Assembly: GCA_964016885.1 (NCBI GenBank) | Contig: OZ024743.1 | Coordinates: 370,574,001 to 370,638,000 of the forward strand | Length of the DNA: 64,000 bases | Source of the DNA: Eledone cirrhosa | Lineage: Eukaryota | Direction of reading: 5' to 3' | Shown: piece by piece, positions 22,143 to 38,140 of the stretch | Position numbering within the stretch: the first letter of the stretch is position 1 | Layout: every line of letters starts with the position of its first letter | The notes under the pieces: generated by a model | What the model saw: the letters and a program-made list of their open reading frames with translations, nothing else | Told to the model about the DNA's origin: nothing | Database searches by the model: none | Program-made: the position numbers and the translations under genes

Positions 22143-22320
22143 GTTTCTACTTTAGGCACAAGGCCAGCAATTACCCAGTGCATTACTGGTACTTTATTTT
22201 ATCGACCTCGTAAGGATGAAAGGCTAAGTCAACCTCGGCGGGATTTGAACTCAGATAGTAAAGGGACGTAACTATGCTGGAAAGCATGGCGTCCGACTCT
22301 CTACCGATACTGCCAATGAC
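22022..22320. mobile_element. Two tRNA-SINE copies tail-to-tail around (TA)n
   Basis: Plus 3' part 22022-22091; minus full copy 22138-22320. Confidence 0.8.
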
Positions 22321-22452
22321 CGTTCAGTCTGTCGGGCGCCAATCGGCACCGCTGGTCACAGCACGTCGTGCTGTTTTAGCCATAAGATAACGCCATCCCA
22401 CTGGCTGGGCGGGCAGGCCGGTACTCATTTCTACAGCTGAGTAAACTGGAAA

Positions 22453-25400
22453 TCTCTTCTCTATATATATAAAACGGTAGATGTCTGTGTGTGTGTATGA
22501 TTTTTATGCATTTCCACATTTCTCTACAGATTTTGATGATTTGTTTTCCAATGTGCTCCAAATTTACCAGGGCGGGTCAACGCGTAATTTGCCAAAAATG
22601 TCCTGCTTCTATGAAAAAAAATCGATAAAACTAAATACATGCTGTAACCCTCTCTCTTACACGCTTCATTCCTCTCACTACCCTCAATCTCCTCCGCAAC
22701 TCTCTTTAAAAGGTTACTGCCTCCGTCTCTGAAGGAACGCGACACAAACTTTGATAACCCTCTCTCTTACACGCTTCATTCCTCTCACTACCCTCAATCT
22801 CCTCTGCAACTCTCTTTAAAAGGTTACTGCTTCCGTCTCCATTACAGTTTAGAACAACGACAAATCTTCTCTCTTTATAATAGATCATTCACCCTCTTCG
22901 TTCGTCATACATCAAATATCAAAATTTAAAAAGCCGATAACACTAAATACATACTGCTCTCTCAACGTTACATTTTACATCAAATAACAAATATTCAAAA
23001 GCAACAGATGCATTTATAAAACAACAAACGTGACAATAACGACGCTTAAGCATTCATTTACTTGAATCTCAACAAAGACATTATATTTTATTGTTGTCCT
23101 TTTTGTAATTTTTCTTTCTTTGTTTTTCTCAATATGAGACAAAAAATTAATGAGAAAACTTTTTTAACGAACGTCCGATTTCGATGATTTATTTTCCAGT
23201 GTGCTCCAAAGTAACGCCCCTGTTTACGCTCTTTTGTGCTATAACTCAGACAGGCTTGGCTTACAGGTTTGACCTATTATTTGACGTGCATTCTTCATAG
23301 ATCTTACTTAGTACTCACTTTCCACTTACTCACCGTTCAATTGAAAGTTTTGGCTACTCCCCCTTTCATGCTCCATTACCTGCATAAATATTTACGTGTT
23401 CGGTCCTGCTACAATATAGTACTTACTTTAAACTCATTCAAAGTTCATTTGAAAATTTTCGCTACCAAACACATTCTTTGAATCTACGGTCATGCCACCC
23501 CAAAAAGACCACAACTTAGTCGCCAAACTAAAGCTGCTTCTGCTGCCAAACGAAGAAGAGCTACAGAGTTGTCCGTAGAAAAATTGACTCGGTCGTCACA
23601 AAATGCAACTCGAAATGCAATTACCCGGGCAACCGAGACAGTAAAAAAGAGGAGCATCCGCCTTTCCGGAAATGCATTTGTAACTGCAGTTGCACGTGCA
23701 GCGCAAACTGATGAACAACATCTCGACGACGAAGCAAAAATGCGGCCTCCACCGCTGCGGCACGTGACGGTGAGGACGAAGAACACCGTTACAGTCGACG
23801 ACGAAGAGATGCCGCCTCAACTGCTGCGTCACGTGCTGCCGAGGACGACGGGCAGCGTTCCAGACGTCAACGTACGGACGCCGCTTCAACAGCTTTCGTC
23901 CGCGCATCAGAGACTGCGCAAATTCGATTACAAAGGCTAAACGCCAACGCACTCCGCAGGAGTGCTAAACGAGGTACACAGAGGATCAGTTGCACTCAGT
24001 GGTCTCATAAGGCTTTCCACTATGACTCAACAGTAAACTATGCACTGATGCCAGAAGTTCAGATTGGATCCATGTCTGTCATTTGTCAATATTGTCGGGG
24101 AAAAAATAGCCTGGGGAAACTTCAGGGATGTGCTGCTCTGACGGCAAAGTGAAACTGCCTCCTCTACAGAACCACCACAACCTTTGAAGTCTCTACTGAC
24201 CGGTGCCACAGCGGAGTCGGAACACTTCCTTAGATGTTCCAGGAGATACAACGCTGCCTTCCAAATGACCTCTTTCGGAGCTAACATCATACGCGAAGAC
24301 GGCTTCATGCCTACCTTTAAAGTTCAAGGACAAATTTACCACAGAATCGGTTCGCTACTGCCCACGACAGACGGACAGTCCCAGTTCCTACAGCTATACT
24401 TTGTCACTGACTATTTGGACCAAGCGGAACGACGCGCTTCAATTTCGCCTGTCACAGAGATGAAAATTCTGTTGCAACTCCAGAAAATGCTGCACGAAAA
24501 CAACAACTACACTCGCAGTTTCAAATGCGCATTGGAGGCTGCTCCGTTGCCAAATTTTGCTGTTATAATCGACGCTGACAGGAAACCATCAGGCACCCAC
24601 GCCAAACGTTTTAACACTCCCACGTGCAATGAAATAGCTGTGCTTCTTCATGGAGAACAGTACAACAAGCGGGACATCATACTTCAGTGTAAGGACAATA
24701 GTCTGCAACGGATCAGCGAGACGCATAGGTCCTACGACGCATTCCAATATCCCCTACTTTTCCCATTCGGTGACGACGGATACCACTTTGGAATTCCCTT
24801 GTGCAACAGCAGCAAAACTGTTTCCTCTATGCAATTCTACGCCTACCGATTCATGGTCCGCGAATGCTGCTTTAACCAACTCCACCGTGCAAGAGTACTC
24901 TTCAACCAACTTACTGTAGACGCGTGCGCAAAGATGGAATCTGAAAGGCTGTGCTACATAAGGAACAATCAAGCACGCCTTCGTTCGGACAGCTACATTC
25001 ACTTACGGGATGGAGTAAGGAATGACGTCGATCCGAGAACCTAGGAAAACATTGTATCCTTCCGTCGACCTTCATTGGGAATCCTCGATACATGAGTGAA
25101 CGCACACAGGATGCTATGACGTACGTGCGTCTCTACGGCTGACCAGATCTCTTCATCACTTCAACATGCAACCCTAAGGGGAATGAAATTACCGCGGAAT
25201 TATTCCCCGAACAAAGGGCGTCAGACAGACACTATCTTACGGCACGAGTTTTCCACTTGAAGTTGACAAAACTTATTGAACTCCTAAAATCAGGTAAGGC
25301 CTTTGGACATGTTAGGTGCTACGTATACACCGTTGAGTGGCAAAAGAGAGGCCTGCCACACGCTCACCTACTCATTTGGCTGATAACGAAAATAAACGCA

Positions 25401-28247
25401 AGCAGCATTGACAGCATCATTTCAGCAGAAATACCAGACCCGAAATTGGACAGAGAATTCCACAACATCGTCACGGCTCACATGGTTCACGGGCCATGCG
25501 GAAACGGTTTCAACATGAATTCTCCATGCATTAAAGAAAGAAGGTGCACCAAGAGGTATCTAGGCCATTCCTCCGAGAAACTCGGACAGGTGGCGACGGT
25601 TACCCATTATACCGCCGCAGGGAGCCAGCGGACGGAGAAATTGTTACGAAAACCCCACATCACCACGTCGACAACCGGTGGATTGTACCCTACTGCCTCC
25701 TTCTGCTTAAATTGTTTAACGCCCACATTAACGTTGAATACTGCCACTCCGTCAAATCAATAAAGTACGTCTGCAAGTATATCAATAAGGGGTCCGATGC
25801 TGCGTCCTTTGGTCTTACAATGGAGAACAACCGAGACGAAGTAACTCGATACCAGGTCGGCCGATACATCAGCAGCAATGAAGCGTTCTGGCGATTCTTC
25901 CACTTTGCAATACACCATAACTACTTCCCCCCTCCTCCCAACCAAACAGTTGGCGGTGCACCTTGAAAACGGTCAAAGAGTCTATTTCACCGCCTCCACC
26001 GCTGCTGAGATAGCAGAGGAACCCAAGGACACCACACTTATGGCATTTTTTAAGTTATGCCGAAACGATCCCTTCGCCAAGACCATCTTCTATTCTCAGG
26101 TGCCATCATACTACACTTGGAACACAGACCACAGAATTTGGTTAAGAAGGGTGAATGGACAACCCGTCGAGCGACATCCAGACATTAAAATGTCCCCTAC
26201 CCTTGGGAGAGTGTACACCATTCATCCTAACCAACAGGAATGCTTTTATCTCCGCCTTCTACTGCATGACGTGGTAGGACCGACATCTTTCGACGATCTG
26301 AAAACAATCAACGGAGAGCTTTGTACTTCATTCCGCGCAGCCTGCCTTAGACGGGGTCTACTGGAAGATGGCGCTCAGTGGGATGCGACATTGGCGGAGG
26401 AAGCTACAATACGCTCAGCGCGAACTCTTCGGCAACTCTTTGCGGTGCTACTGCAGACATGCGAGCTAAGCGACCCTGCATCCTTATGGGAGAAATACAA
26501 AGAGGACCTTTCCGATGACTACATACACCAAGGACAACTGCTACTCCCTCATTCCGACGTACGACTCAGCGACGAATTCTTCAACAAAGCTCTCATTGAC
26601 ATCGAGCACAAAATCCTAACTGCCGGCGGAAATGACCTTCCATTCTATGGACTGCCAAAAGTTCAACGAACGGGCTCGGACAAACTTCCGACGAGCATAA
26701 TTTAGAAAACTGCCTACGACATCGACGCCCTCGAACTGTTCATCAACGAAAACGAACCGAAATTGTTGCAGGACCAACGGCGGGCGTATGACACAGTTTG
26801 TACTTCCATTTGTCAACGCACAAGAGGTATCTTCTTTTTGGACGCCCCAGGAGGAACTGGTAAAACATTCGTCACTAAAATCCTCCTCGCCAAAGTGTAG
26901 AAAGGAGTCGCCCTGGCTGTGGCTTCTTCTGGCATTGCCGCAGCTCTGCTGCCCGGAGATAGGACAGCTCATTCCGCATTTAAACTGCCAATCAACACGA
27001 CTTCAGACGACACAATAACCTGCAACATCACCAAGGACTCTGACAAAGCTGAAGTCTTGAAAAGATGCCACCTGATTGTGTGGGACGAATGCACAATGGC
27101 CCATAAAGGGTCCCTTGAGGCGTTAGACAGGACCCTACGAGACATCAGGGAATGCAACCGGCCGATGGGAGGAGTACCTCTACTGCTGTCTGGTGATTTT
27201 CGACAAACTCTTCCAGTTGTTCCAAAAGCCACCAATGCCGACACTGTGGGGGCTTGCATTAAGTCATCTCCCCTGTGGCAGGAAGTGACAATCCTGACCC
27301 TCACAACAAACATGAGAGCCCAACTGCTCGGTGACCACTCAGCAGCCGACTTCTCAAAGGACCTCTTAACAGTTGGTGACGGCACTGCACCTTCAGATGC
27401 AGCTGGAGAAATGGCAGTCTCGCAAGTAGGCACCGTTGTCGACACTGTTGACGACCTCACAGCCTCTGTCTTTCCCGATATGGCGACCAACTACAAAAAC
27501 ACGAGTTGGCTATGCGATAGAGCCATATTGGCTCCCAAAAATGACTTCGTTGCAAAAATCAATAAGGACCTTCTGCAACGCATTCCTGGAAACCTCCATA
27601 CCTACAAATCTGTGAACAAAGTGGTGGACCTCTCTGGACTGCCACCTTATGAACTGCGCCTCAAAGTTGGGGCTCCAGTCATGCTGTTGGGGAACCTGGA
27701 ACCACCGCGTCTCTGCAATGGTTAGTGGTAAGAAACCTCCTGCCGCATGTAATTGAAGCCACAAATCTCACGGGCTGCGGTGCTAGAGAAAACGTCTTCA
27801 CACCCAGAATACCATTAACTCCATCAGGTATGGAATGCCCCTGTACTCTGCGCCGACTTCAATTCTCCGTTAAACTTTGCTTCACAATGTCAATCAACAA
27901 GACCCAAGGCCAGACGCTATCAACGGCAGGCCTCCATTTAGCCCAGCCGTGCTTCTCACACGGCCAATTATACGTCGCATGCTCAAGAGTAGGATGCGAG
28001 CAGAACTTATTCATACTTGCGCCCAAAGGCAGATCAAAAAATGTGGTCTACATAGAGGTGTTGTGACTCCTCTATTCAGCACCACTGCAGTCTTGCCGGT
28101 CTGGCATATAGTGAGTAGATGCTATTGTTGTATATTTTCAAACTTACCCATATTTACTTTCAATGCCTTAATATTCATAATTGAGTGGAATCATTAAAAG
28201 TACTTTAAAGCAATTAAACTCCGATCAACGCCGCGCACTTCTGCTAG
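22453..28247 (+). mobile_element. Decayed autonomous Helitron (Rep/PIF1 helicase)
   Basis: A|TC start, CTAG|T end; VEWQKRGLPHAH, KYVCKYINKG, DAPGGTGKT, WDECTM, GDFRQ, INKTQGQT, FSHGQLYVACSR. Confidence 0.92.
24027..28066 (+). pseudogene. RepHel pseudogene
   Basis: Six or more frameshifted or stop-interrupted ORF pieces with motifs in the expected order. Confidence 0.9.
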
Positions 28248-28251
28248 TATA

Positions 28252-30775
28252 TCTATATATATAAAGCTGAGGATGTGTGTGTTAAGGTTTGTAACGTATG
28301 CACGTCCACAATTTCCAACGGATTCTATTCAAAGTCGGTACAATTATAGCCTTTGGTCAGGAAAACGTTAGGAAGCAAAAGAATTTTAAATCCATCAACA
28401 AAAAGGGCAAAAATCGATCATAATCATTCCCCGTCTCTATAATTTAACTGCTTTACTCTCTCTGTCGCTCTTCACTCCCTATATGACAACACTGCAGAGA
28501 GAGAAACAATGTTTATGATCAAATGGAGCGTTCCGTGTTGAGCGTTCCGTATTGACATACGGCTTATGTGGGGCATTTTCAATCGGCTTATTGCAAATAA
28601 CAACCCGCAAAATAACACTTCATATAACAGATTAATGCTATAGACATATGAATTGGAATGTAATCCGTGAACTTTTTCCTGGGAAAAATTATTCGAACAG
28701 ACATGACCTCATTGCCAGAGTGTTCAGACTGAAACTGGCTAAACTCATGGCTTTAATAAAAAAAGGTCAGGTATTTGGGGCTGTAAAATGTGACATGTTC
28801 ACCGTCGAATGGCAAAAACGGGGGCTGCCACATGCTCACATTTTGATTTGGTTAGCTGATAAAATCAATTTAAATGCCATAGACAGCTTCATTTCGGCTG
28901 AAATCCCTAATTCAGCAACTGACCAGGAATTACATGACATCATCAAAGCTAACATGGTCCGTGTGCGTCGGGTCCTAATGAGCATCACACGTGTCTGAAA
29001 GCGGAGTCGTGCAGTAAGGGATACGCCCAAAAATTTGTTGACCAGACTCAGACTAGTGGCGACGGGTACCCCCTGTACAGGCGGAGATGGCCCGAGAACG
29101 GTGGCTTCACCACAACAGTAAAGGGAGGTCAAGTCGACAATAGATGGGTGGTCCCTTACTGCCCGCTTCTCTTGAAGAAGCGGGCAGTAAGGGACCACAT
29201 CAACGTTGACTTTTGCAACTCCGTCAAGTCGATAAAATACATATGCAAATATGTAAATAAGGGCTCTGATGCCGCAATGTTCGCATTTCAAGCTGAAAAT
29301 AGCAGGGACGAGGTCACAGAATACATGGCGGAGCGGTACATCATTAACAATGAAGCTTTTTGGCGCCTATTTGGTTTACACCTACACCAACGGCACGCCG
29401 CCATTGTACAACTTGCGGTACATTTGGAAAATAGGCAAACGGTTTACTTTACAGACCAAACCGCCGCCAAGTTGGCCGCCGATCCGAAAGAGACCACTCT
29501 GACGGGTTTCTTCAAACTTTGCCAGTTCGATACATTTGCGCAAACAATTGTGTACCCCCAGGTTCCATCCTACTTTATATGGTCGAAAAACACTTGGGTG
29601 CAAAGAAAGTCAGGTCAGGCTGTTGAAAGACAGCATGAGTCCTTTCATCTCCGCCTTCTTCTGCATAAAGTTGAAGGCCCACAAAGTTTTCAGGACTTCA
29701 AAACTGTTGACGGAGAAATATGTTGTACGTACCGGGAAGCCTGCTTTAAGCGTGGTCTTTTGGAAGATGATTCGCAATGGGATTCCACTTTAGCAGAGGG
29801 TGCTTTGTTGAAATCACCTAAAGGTCTACGGGAACTCTTTGCCATTTTGCTTTAAAAGTGTGAATTGGGTGATCCAAAATCTTTATGGGTCAAGTACAGA
29901 GACTTTATGTCTGAGGACTTCCTGCGCCTAGCTCATCTGCAGTATACTTCAGTAGAAGTTGGTTACAGAGACATTATCTACAACAGGGCACTCATTGATA
30001 TCGAGGACGCCCTCCTCGACATGGGTGGGAGTGAGTTGGCGACGTATGGCTTGCCGTCAACCGTCAGAGAGGAAGCTAACACGTTGACCCCGGATTTGTT
30101 GCGGGAAACACAATTTGACATCGAATCTCTTTCCCAATACTTGGAAAATGAGCCCAAACTTCTGTCGGACCAAAGGTTGGCCTATTTAACTATCATTGAC
30201 GCGGTTCAAAATCAGACTGGGGGGTATTTACTTTCTCGATGCTCCTGGGGGTACCAGAAAAACTTTTGTAACGAAATTGATTCTCGCTAAGAAAAAAATT
30301 GCGTTGGCCGTTGCATCGACCGGGATCGCTACTACTTTGCTGCCGGGAGGCAGGACAGCACATTCAACCTTTAAACTCCCCTTGGATTTAGTAAAAATGA
30401 GACACCAACATGCAATATCAGCAAGAGTACACACAAAGCTCTGGTTCTCAAAAAATGTTGCCTCATTGTTTGGGATGAGTGCACAATGGCATACAAGGGT
30501 GCCCTTGAGGCATTGGACGGCACCCTGAAAGACATTAGGGATTCTACGGCTCCTATGGGTGGCGTAACCCTTCTGCTATCAGGGGATTTTCGGCAAACGC
30601 TGTCTGTCATCCCCAAAGGGACAAGAGCTGATGAAGTGCGTGCCTGCCTTAAGTCGTCCATATTGTGGCTCCCGGTGAAGAGTTTGTACCTGAGCACAAA
30701 AATGCGTGCTCATTTGCATGGTGAGAACATGTCTGCAGCATTTACTCAGAAAATTTTAGCACTGGTAAGTAAATA
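28252..30775 (+). mobile_element. Second, internally deleted and 3'-truncated Helitron
   Basis: Starts TCtatatatataaagctgaggatg; VEWQKRGLPHAH, KYICKYVNKG, DAPGGT, GDFRQ. Confidence 0.88.
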
Positions 30776-31221
30776 AATAAAAATAAAATAAAATAAAATA
30801 AATAAATAAATACATACACAAACACAATAACAACAAGCACATAAACACACACTAGTCACCCATCACACAGCAAACAAAACACTATACACACACGCAAACG
30901 CATGCGCAAAGAAGACAAAATAAAATAAACAAACAAGCAAATAAATAAATAAATATATAGACAGACTGAATAAAAATGGCGTAGACATATAATACAACAG
31001 GAGGAAACGATAATACCACTGACGATGTTGCAGATGTGCAACGAAAGATTTATGATAAACTATATATATGTGTTTGTGTCTATATTGTATCTGTATTATT
31101 TTTGACCGTTGGCCAGTCAATGGCAACATTACACAAATATGACCCTCCCCAAGTATAACAATATTTGTTTCGACACACGATTTCATATAAAAAGACCTCG
31201 CAAAACTAATTCATCGCCGCT
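30776..31221 (+). mobile_element. Solo pLTR of a sister PLE family, hammerhead at 31014-31057
   Basis: CTGACGA t gttgca-gatg-tgcaac GAAA gattta; atgaccctccccaagtataacaat (MTLPKYNN). Confidence 0.8.
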
Positions 31222-31889
<668 letters not shown>

Positions 31890-31890
<1 letters not shown>

Positions 31891-32402
31891 TCGCTTGCAT
31901 GCGAATTCTTCTAACTCTTTTGATGCACCTTTCTGACCATTTGACTCCTGCCCGTGTTGAACCGGTTTGTGATTACCCCACCGCTCGAGTGATACTGGTG
32001 ACTGTGACACTTAGCGCCTTCGTGGGCCCCTGATGTTCTCAAGAAATATATATTTTTAAAAAATTGGTGTGTGAACCGGTTTGTGATTACCCCACCGCTC
32101 AACTGTGTGAATGCACACCCATGACTTTCGAGTGAACTTTCGAGACTGCCCAACCTGGGTCGCCTCCATTGCCTTGCAATGGTCAAGTGATACTGGTGAC
32201 TGTGACACTTAGTGCCTTCGTGGGCCCCTGATGTTTTCAAGAAATGTATTTTGAAGAATTGGTCAAGTGATACACATAACTGTGACATTTAGTGCCTTCG
32301 TGGGCCCCTGATATATTCAATTTACTTTATTTCATTTTATTTCATTTTATTTTATTTCATTTCATGTTATCTAATTTTATTTATTTACTTACTTGACTCC
32401 AT

Positions 32403-32433
<31 letters not shown>

Positions 32434-33235
32434 TATTTAAATTTAGATTTTAATTTTAAAATTTTAAAATTTTAATTTTAATTTTATTTATTTATTTAAT
32501 TTTTAATTTTTAATTTTTAATTTTTATTTATTTATTTCTTTATTTATTTATTTATTTAATTACATTTAATTACATTTAATTATACATATAATTATAATTA
32601 CACATTTGATTTTAATTTTAATTTAGTCTTTGTTATTTGATTTTAGTTTACCTTATTTTATCTTATTTTACGATTATACTATATTATGTTCTATGTATAT
32701 AATTTTTTAATTTTTAATTGTATATTATTTTATCTCATTCCTTACCCTATATTTTATATTTTATATGTAAGTTTGTTATGTATTTCTTTGTATTTCTTTT
32801 TATATATATTATAAGTCTGTTTTTTACCTATTTTTTACCTATTTTTTACCTATTTTTTACCTACTCTTACCTAATCCCATTATCTTATCTACTCTTGTCT
32901 GTTCTCTTATCCATGTGTCTACTCTTGTCTGTTCTCTTATCCATGTGTATGCTTGTATGTAACTATATGTTGACAGCACACCGCCCAACTGTGACAGATA
33001 GCACCCCTTATTTTTATTTTATTTTTATTTTCACTTTTATTTTTATTTACTTTTTATTCTTATCCTCTATCGTCTATTATTACCTTTCATTCTTCAATGT
33101 CTTGGATTTGTTATTGCTTGTATGGTATGTAATTTAACCTTTATGCTCTGATGAGTCCCACTTATAGTGTGGATGAAACAATGTTAGCAAGTAAAGATAT
33201 GCATATGCTATAAGCGTTCTTTGTTATTTATTTAT
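31890..33235 (+). mobile_element. Non-coding PLE-like 3' end: tandem units, T-rich tract, hammerhead at 33144-33189
   Basis: ctgtgacac/tttag(c/t)gccttcgtgggcccctgat x3; tgct CTGATGA gtcccac-ttata-gtgtggat GAAA caatg TT agca. Confidence 0.65.
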
Positions 33236-33266
33236 TATATGTATATATATATATATTATATGTATA

Positions 33267-33388
<122 letters not shown>

Positions 33389-33401
33389 CATATATATATA
33401 C

Positions 33402-33513
<112 letters not shown>

Positions 33514-33599
33514 GTATATATATATATGTATAGATGTATATGTATATATATATGTATATATATATATGTATATATATATATATGCTAGTATATATATAC

Positions 33600-34200
33600 A
33601 GTATTTAATAATATATTGTCTTAATAATAATATATAGATTTCTTAATATATAGATCTCAATTTTTTAATGTATTGATCTCAATATTTTAACTGATTAACT
33701 AAACATTTAATCATATTTAAACAATGGTTAAATTTTTCATATTATATATGTATCTTCCATTAATGATTATTAACATTTCTAATTTTATTTATTCACTTCA
33801 TCTCAAATGTTAAGATAACTCAACAAGATATGACAAGAGTTTTCACTTTCTCTCTCTCTCTCTCTCTTTTTTCTTTCTTTTTTCTCTCTGTTGTTCTTCT
33901 CTCTCTCTCTCTTTTTTCTCTCTGTTGTTCTTCTCTCTCTCTTTCTCTTTCTCCGTAACCCAACGGCTTATTTAAAAATATCCAATACTAACTTACCTAA
34001 TAGTATAATTAAAGATATAACTCCACTATCCGGGAGCTTCCAACAGTAATTTAAGGGTATGACAATATTTATTTATAAAACTGCTCTATATTATATTTTA
34101 TCTGATGAAAGCACACCATAATTTAACTTGGTGTCCTTGAAATATGTATAATGAAATAAATATGGTTTTATAAATCTAGTTTCCATTTGTTAATATCGTA
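33600..34200 (+). mobile_element. Family A-related 3' end, hammerhead at 34095-34157
   Basis: attttat CTGATGA aag C acacca..tggtgt C ctt GAAA tatgta TA atgaaat. Confidence 0.75.
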
Positions 34201-34251
34201 TATACATATATACATATATATATATATAAATGTATATATATATACATATAT

Positions 34252-34722
34252 GGAAAGTTATATTTAAATTGTTGGGTTACAACTAGTAAATATTTATAAC
34301 TGATATAAAAGCACTCGACAAGTATTTGGAGTATATTTACGATATTAAATAAATGGAAACTATATTTATAAAACCATATTTATTTCATTATATATATTTC
34401 AGGGATATCATATTAACAATATGCTATGCCTTCCTCAGACAAAATACAATATAGACAGTTTTATAGATAAATAGATTTGACATACCGTTCAACATCGACT
34501 TGTATTTGAAAAGTTGATTTGGCAGATCAAATTTCTGCCAAATCAACTTTTCAAATACAAGTCGATGTTGAACGGTATGTCAAATCTATTTATCTATAAA
34601 ACTGTCTATATTGTATTTTGTCTGAGGAAGGCATAGCATATTGTTAATATGATATCCCTGAAATATATATAATGAAATAAATATGGTTTTATAAATATAG
34701 TTTCCATTTATTTAATATCGTA
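34252..34722. mobile_element. Foldback family A-related element, hammerheads at 34382-34445 (-) and 34615-34678 (+)
   Basis: Arms 34338-34526 and 34534-34722, 7-nt spacer; unpaired tail on the left. Confidence 0.9.
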
Positions 34723-34729
34723 TATATAC

Positions 34730-34814
<85 letters not shown>

Positions 34815-34885
34815 CACATATATATATACATAAATATATATACACATATATATATACATATATATATATATATACACATATATAT

Positions 34886-34936
<51 letters not shown>

Positions 34937-34943
34937 TATATAC

Positions 34944-34988
<45 letters not shown>

Positions 34989-35043
34989 TATATACATATA
35001 TATATACATATATATATATACATATATATATATATACATATAC

Positions 35044-35078
<35 letters not shown>

Positions 35079-35183
35079 CATACATATATACATATACATA
35101 TATATACATATATATACATATATATACATACATCTATATATACATATATATATATACATATACATACATATATATATATATAC

Positions 35184-35219
<36 letters not shown>

Positions 35220-35227
35220 ACATATAC

Positions 35228-35273
<46 letters not shown>

Positions 35274-35385
35274 ATATACATATACATATATATATATATA
35301 TATATATACATACATATATACATATACATACATATATATATATACATATACATACATATATATATATATATATACATATACATAC

Positions 35386-35432
<47 letters not shown>

Positions 35433-35580
35433 CATATATATATATACATATACATATATATACATATACATATATATATATATACATATATACATATACA
35501 TATATATATATACATATATATATATACATATATATGTACATATACATACATATCTATATATATATATATACATATACATA
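34722..35580. repeat. Long (TA)n/(TATACA)n microsatellite
   Basis: Direct inspection. Confidence 0.95.
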
Positions 35581-36105
35581 TTGTTATACTTGGGGAGGGT
35601 CATATTTGCGTAATATTGCCAGAATTAATAACAGAACACACTCACTGTTTGGTTGGTTTTCGCTTCTCGCTGTCTTTTATATCTGCGATCTAACTGACTA
35701 GGTCCTCAATGTTGCCATTGACTGACCGACGGTCAAAAATGATACAGATACAATATAGACAAAAACACATATATATAGTTTACATAATTTACATAAATCT
35801 TTCGTTGCACATCTGCAACATCGTCAGTGGTGTTATATTCTTTGTTCCTCCTGTTGTGTTGTATGTCAACGCCATTTTTTATTCAGTCTGTCTATATATT
35901 TATTTATTTATTTGTTTGTTTGTTTTATTTTATTTTGTCTTCTTTGCGCATGCGTTTGCGTGTGTGTATAGTGTTATGTGTGCTGTGTGACTAGTGTGTA
36001 TAGAGTTGTGTCTGCTGGGTGACTAGTGTGTGTTTATGTGCTTGTTGTTATTGTGCTTGTGTATGTATTTATTTATCTTATTTTATTTTATTTTATTAAT
36101 TTATA
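35580..36105 (-). mobile_element. Second solo pLTR of the sister PLE family, hammerhead core at 35788-35832
   Basis: Reverse-complement match to 30776-31160. Confidence 0.8.
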
Positions 36106-36239
36106 TGTATATATATATATGTATATATATATGTATATATATATATATATGTGTATATATATATATGTATATATATATGTGTATATATATGTATATATAT
36201 ATGTATATATATATGTGTGTATATGTATATGTGTATATG

Positions 36240-36304
<65 letters not shown>

Positions 36305-36394
36305 TTCAGGAACGATCGACTTTCGTCAAATCGGACCGAGGAAACAATGTTTCCATTGGTCTTTCCAATTGCTAGTACTATCTATCCAGGTTCA

Positions 36395-36525
36395 AGGAGC
36401 TACGTGAAATAAAGTGTCTTGCTCAAGGACATAACGCATCACCTGGTCAGGAATCGAACTCACCATCTCCCGATTGCGAATCCAATTCTCTAACCACTCA
36501 GCCACACGCCTTTTGTGAAGGCGTG
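36395..36525 (-). mobile_element. Second tRNA-SINE family, 5' part
   Basis: gtggctgagtggtta..gagttcgattcc..gtccttgagcaagacact; related copy 60065-60220. Confidence 0.75.
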
Positions 36526-37426
<901 letters not shown>

Positions 37427-37519
37427 GGAACTTGTTCCTATTACCCACTCTACTACCCTATGTATTGAGTACTTTGGTGCGTTATGGTCCACCTGGTTCC
37501 TTACCACATTTCTTTCGTT

Positions 37520-37555
<36 letters not shown>

Positions 37556-38059
37556 TATCGAGAATCGCATTTCGGCTCACGAAATAACGAAAAACAACCT
37601 CCGAGATGTGTGTCAAGTGCTCAATGATTCAGATGAACCAGAGCTATAACAAACGTTAAAGGCCAAACACACTGAGACGATGGTTAAACAATCATTCGCA
37701 TAGCCAAAAAAACGATCAAGTAATTCGGGTCAACAAATCAAAAATATCTGTGATTGAAAATTTACCCGGACCCCTGGAAGGTTGGTAAAATCCAGCATTT
37801 TGGTTTCTGCGGCTCCTCAATCAAATACATTGGTGTATAGTGAAGGCGGGAAATCGTAGACTAGCCGTCTTTGTCGTTCTATTTAGTTGCTAAAAATCTT
37901 TTTTGGTAGCGACCATAGACGGCTAGTCTACGATTTCTCGCCTTCACTATACACCAATGTATTTACGGGTCACTTTCACGACCTTTCAGACCTGTATTAG
38001 TTGGAGTGAGGTCATATATTTTGTTGTTCCTGGGGTTTTTAACCCTAGGACAGGAAAAT

Positions 38060-38140
38060 GCTTCTCTGATGATCGTTGCTTTTCCATTAATATCCTCGTG
38101 ATATTTAATGTTTTGCAAAGTGAAACTGTACAGTTAGGGC
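38060..38140 (+). ncRNA. Hammerhead motif with long bulged stem II
   Basis: ttct CTGATGA ..ttgc..cattaa tatc..gata ttaatg..gcaa.. GAAA ctgtacag TT aggg. Confidence 0.6.
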
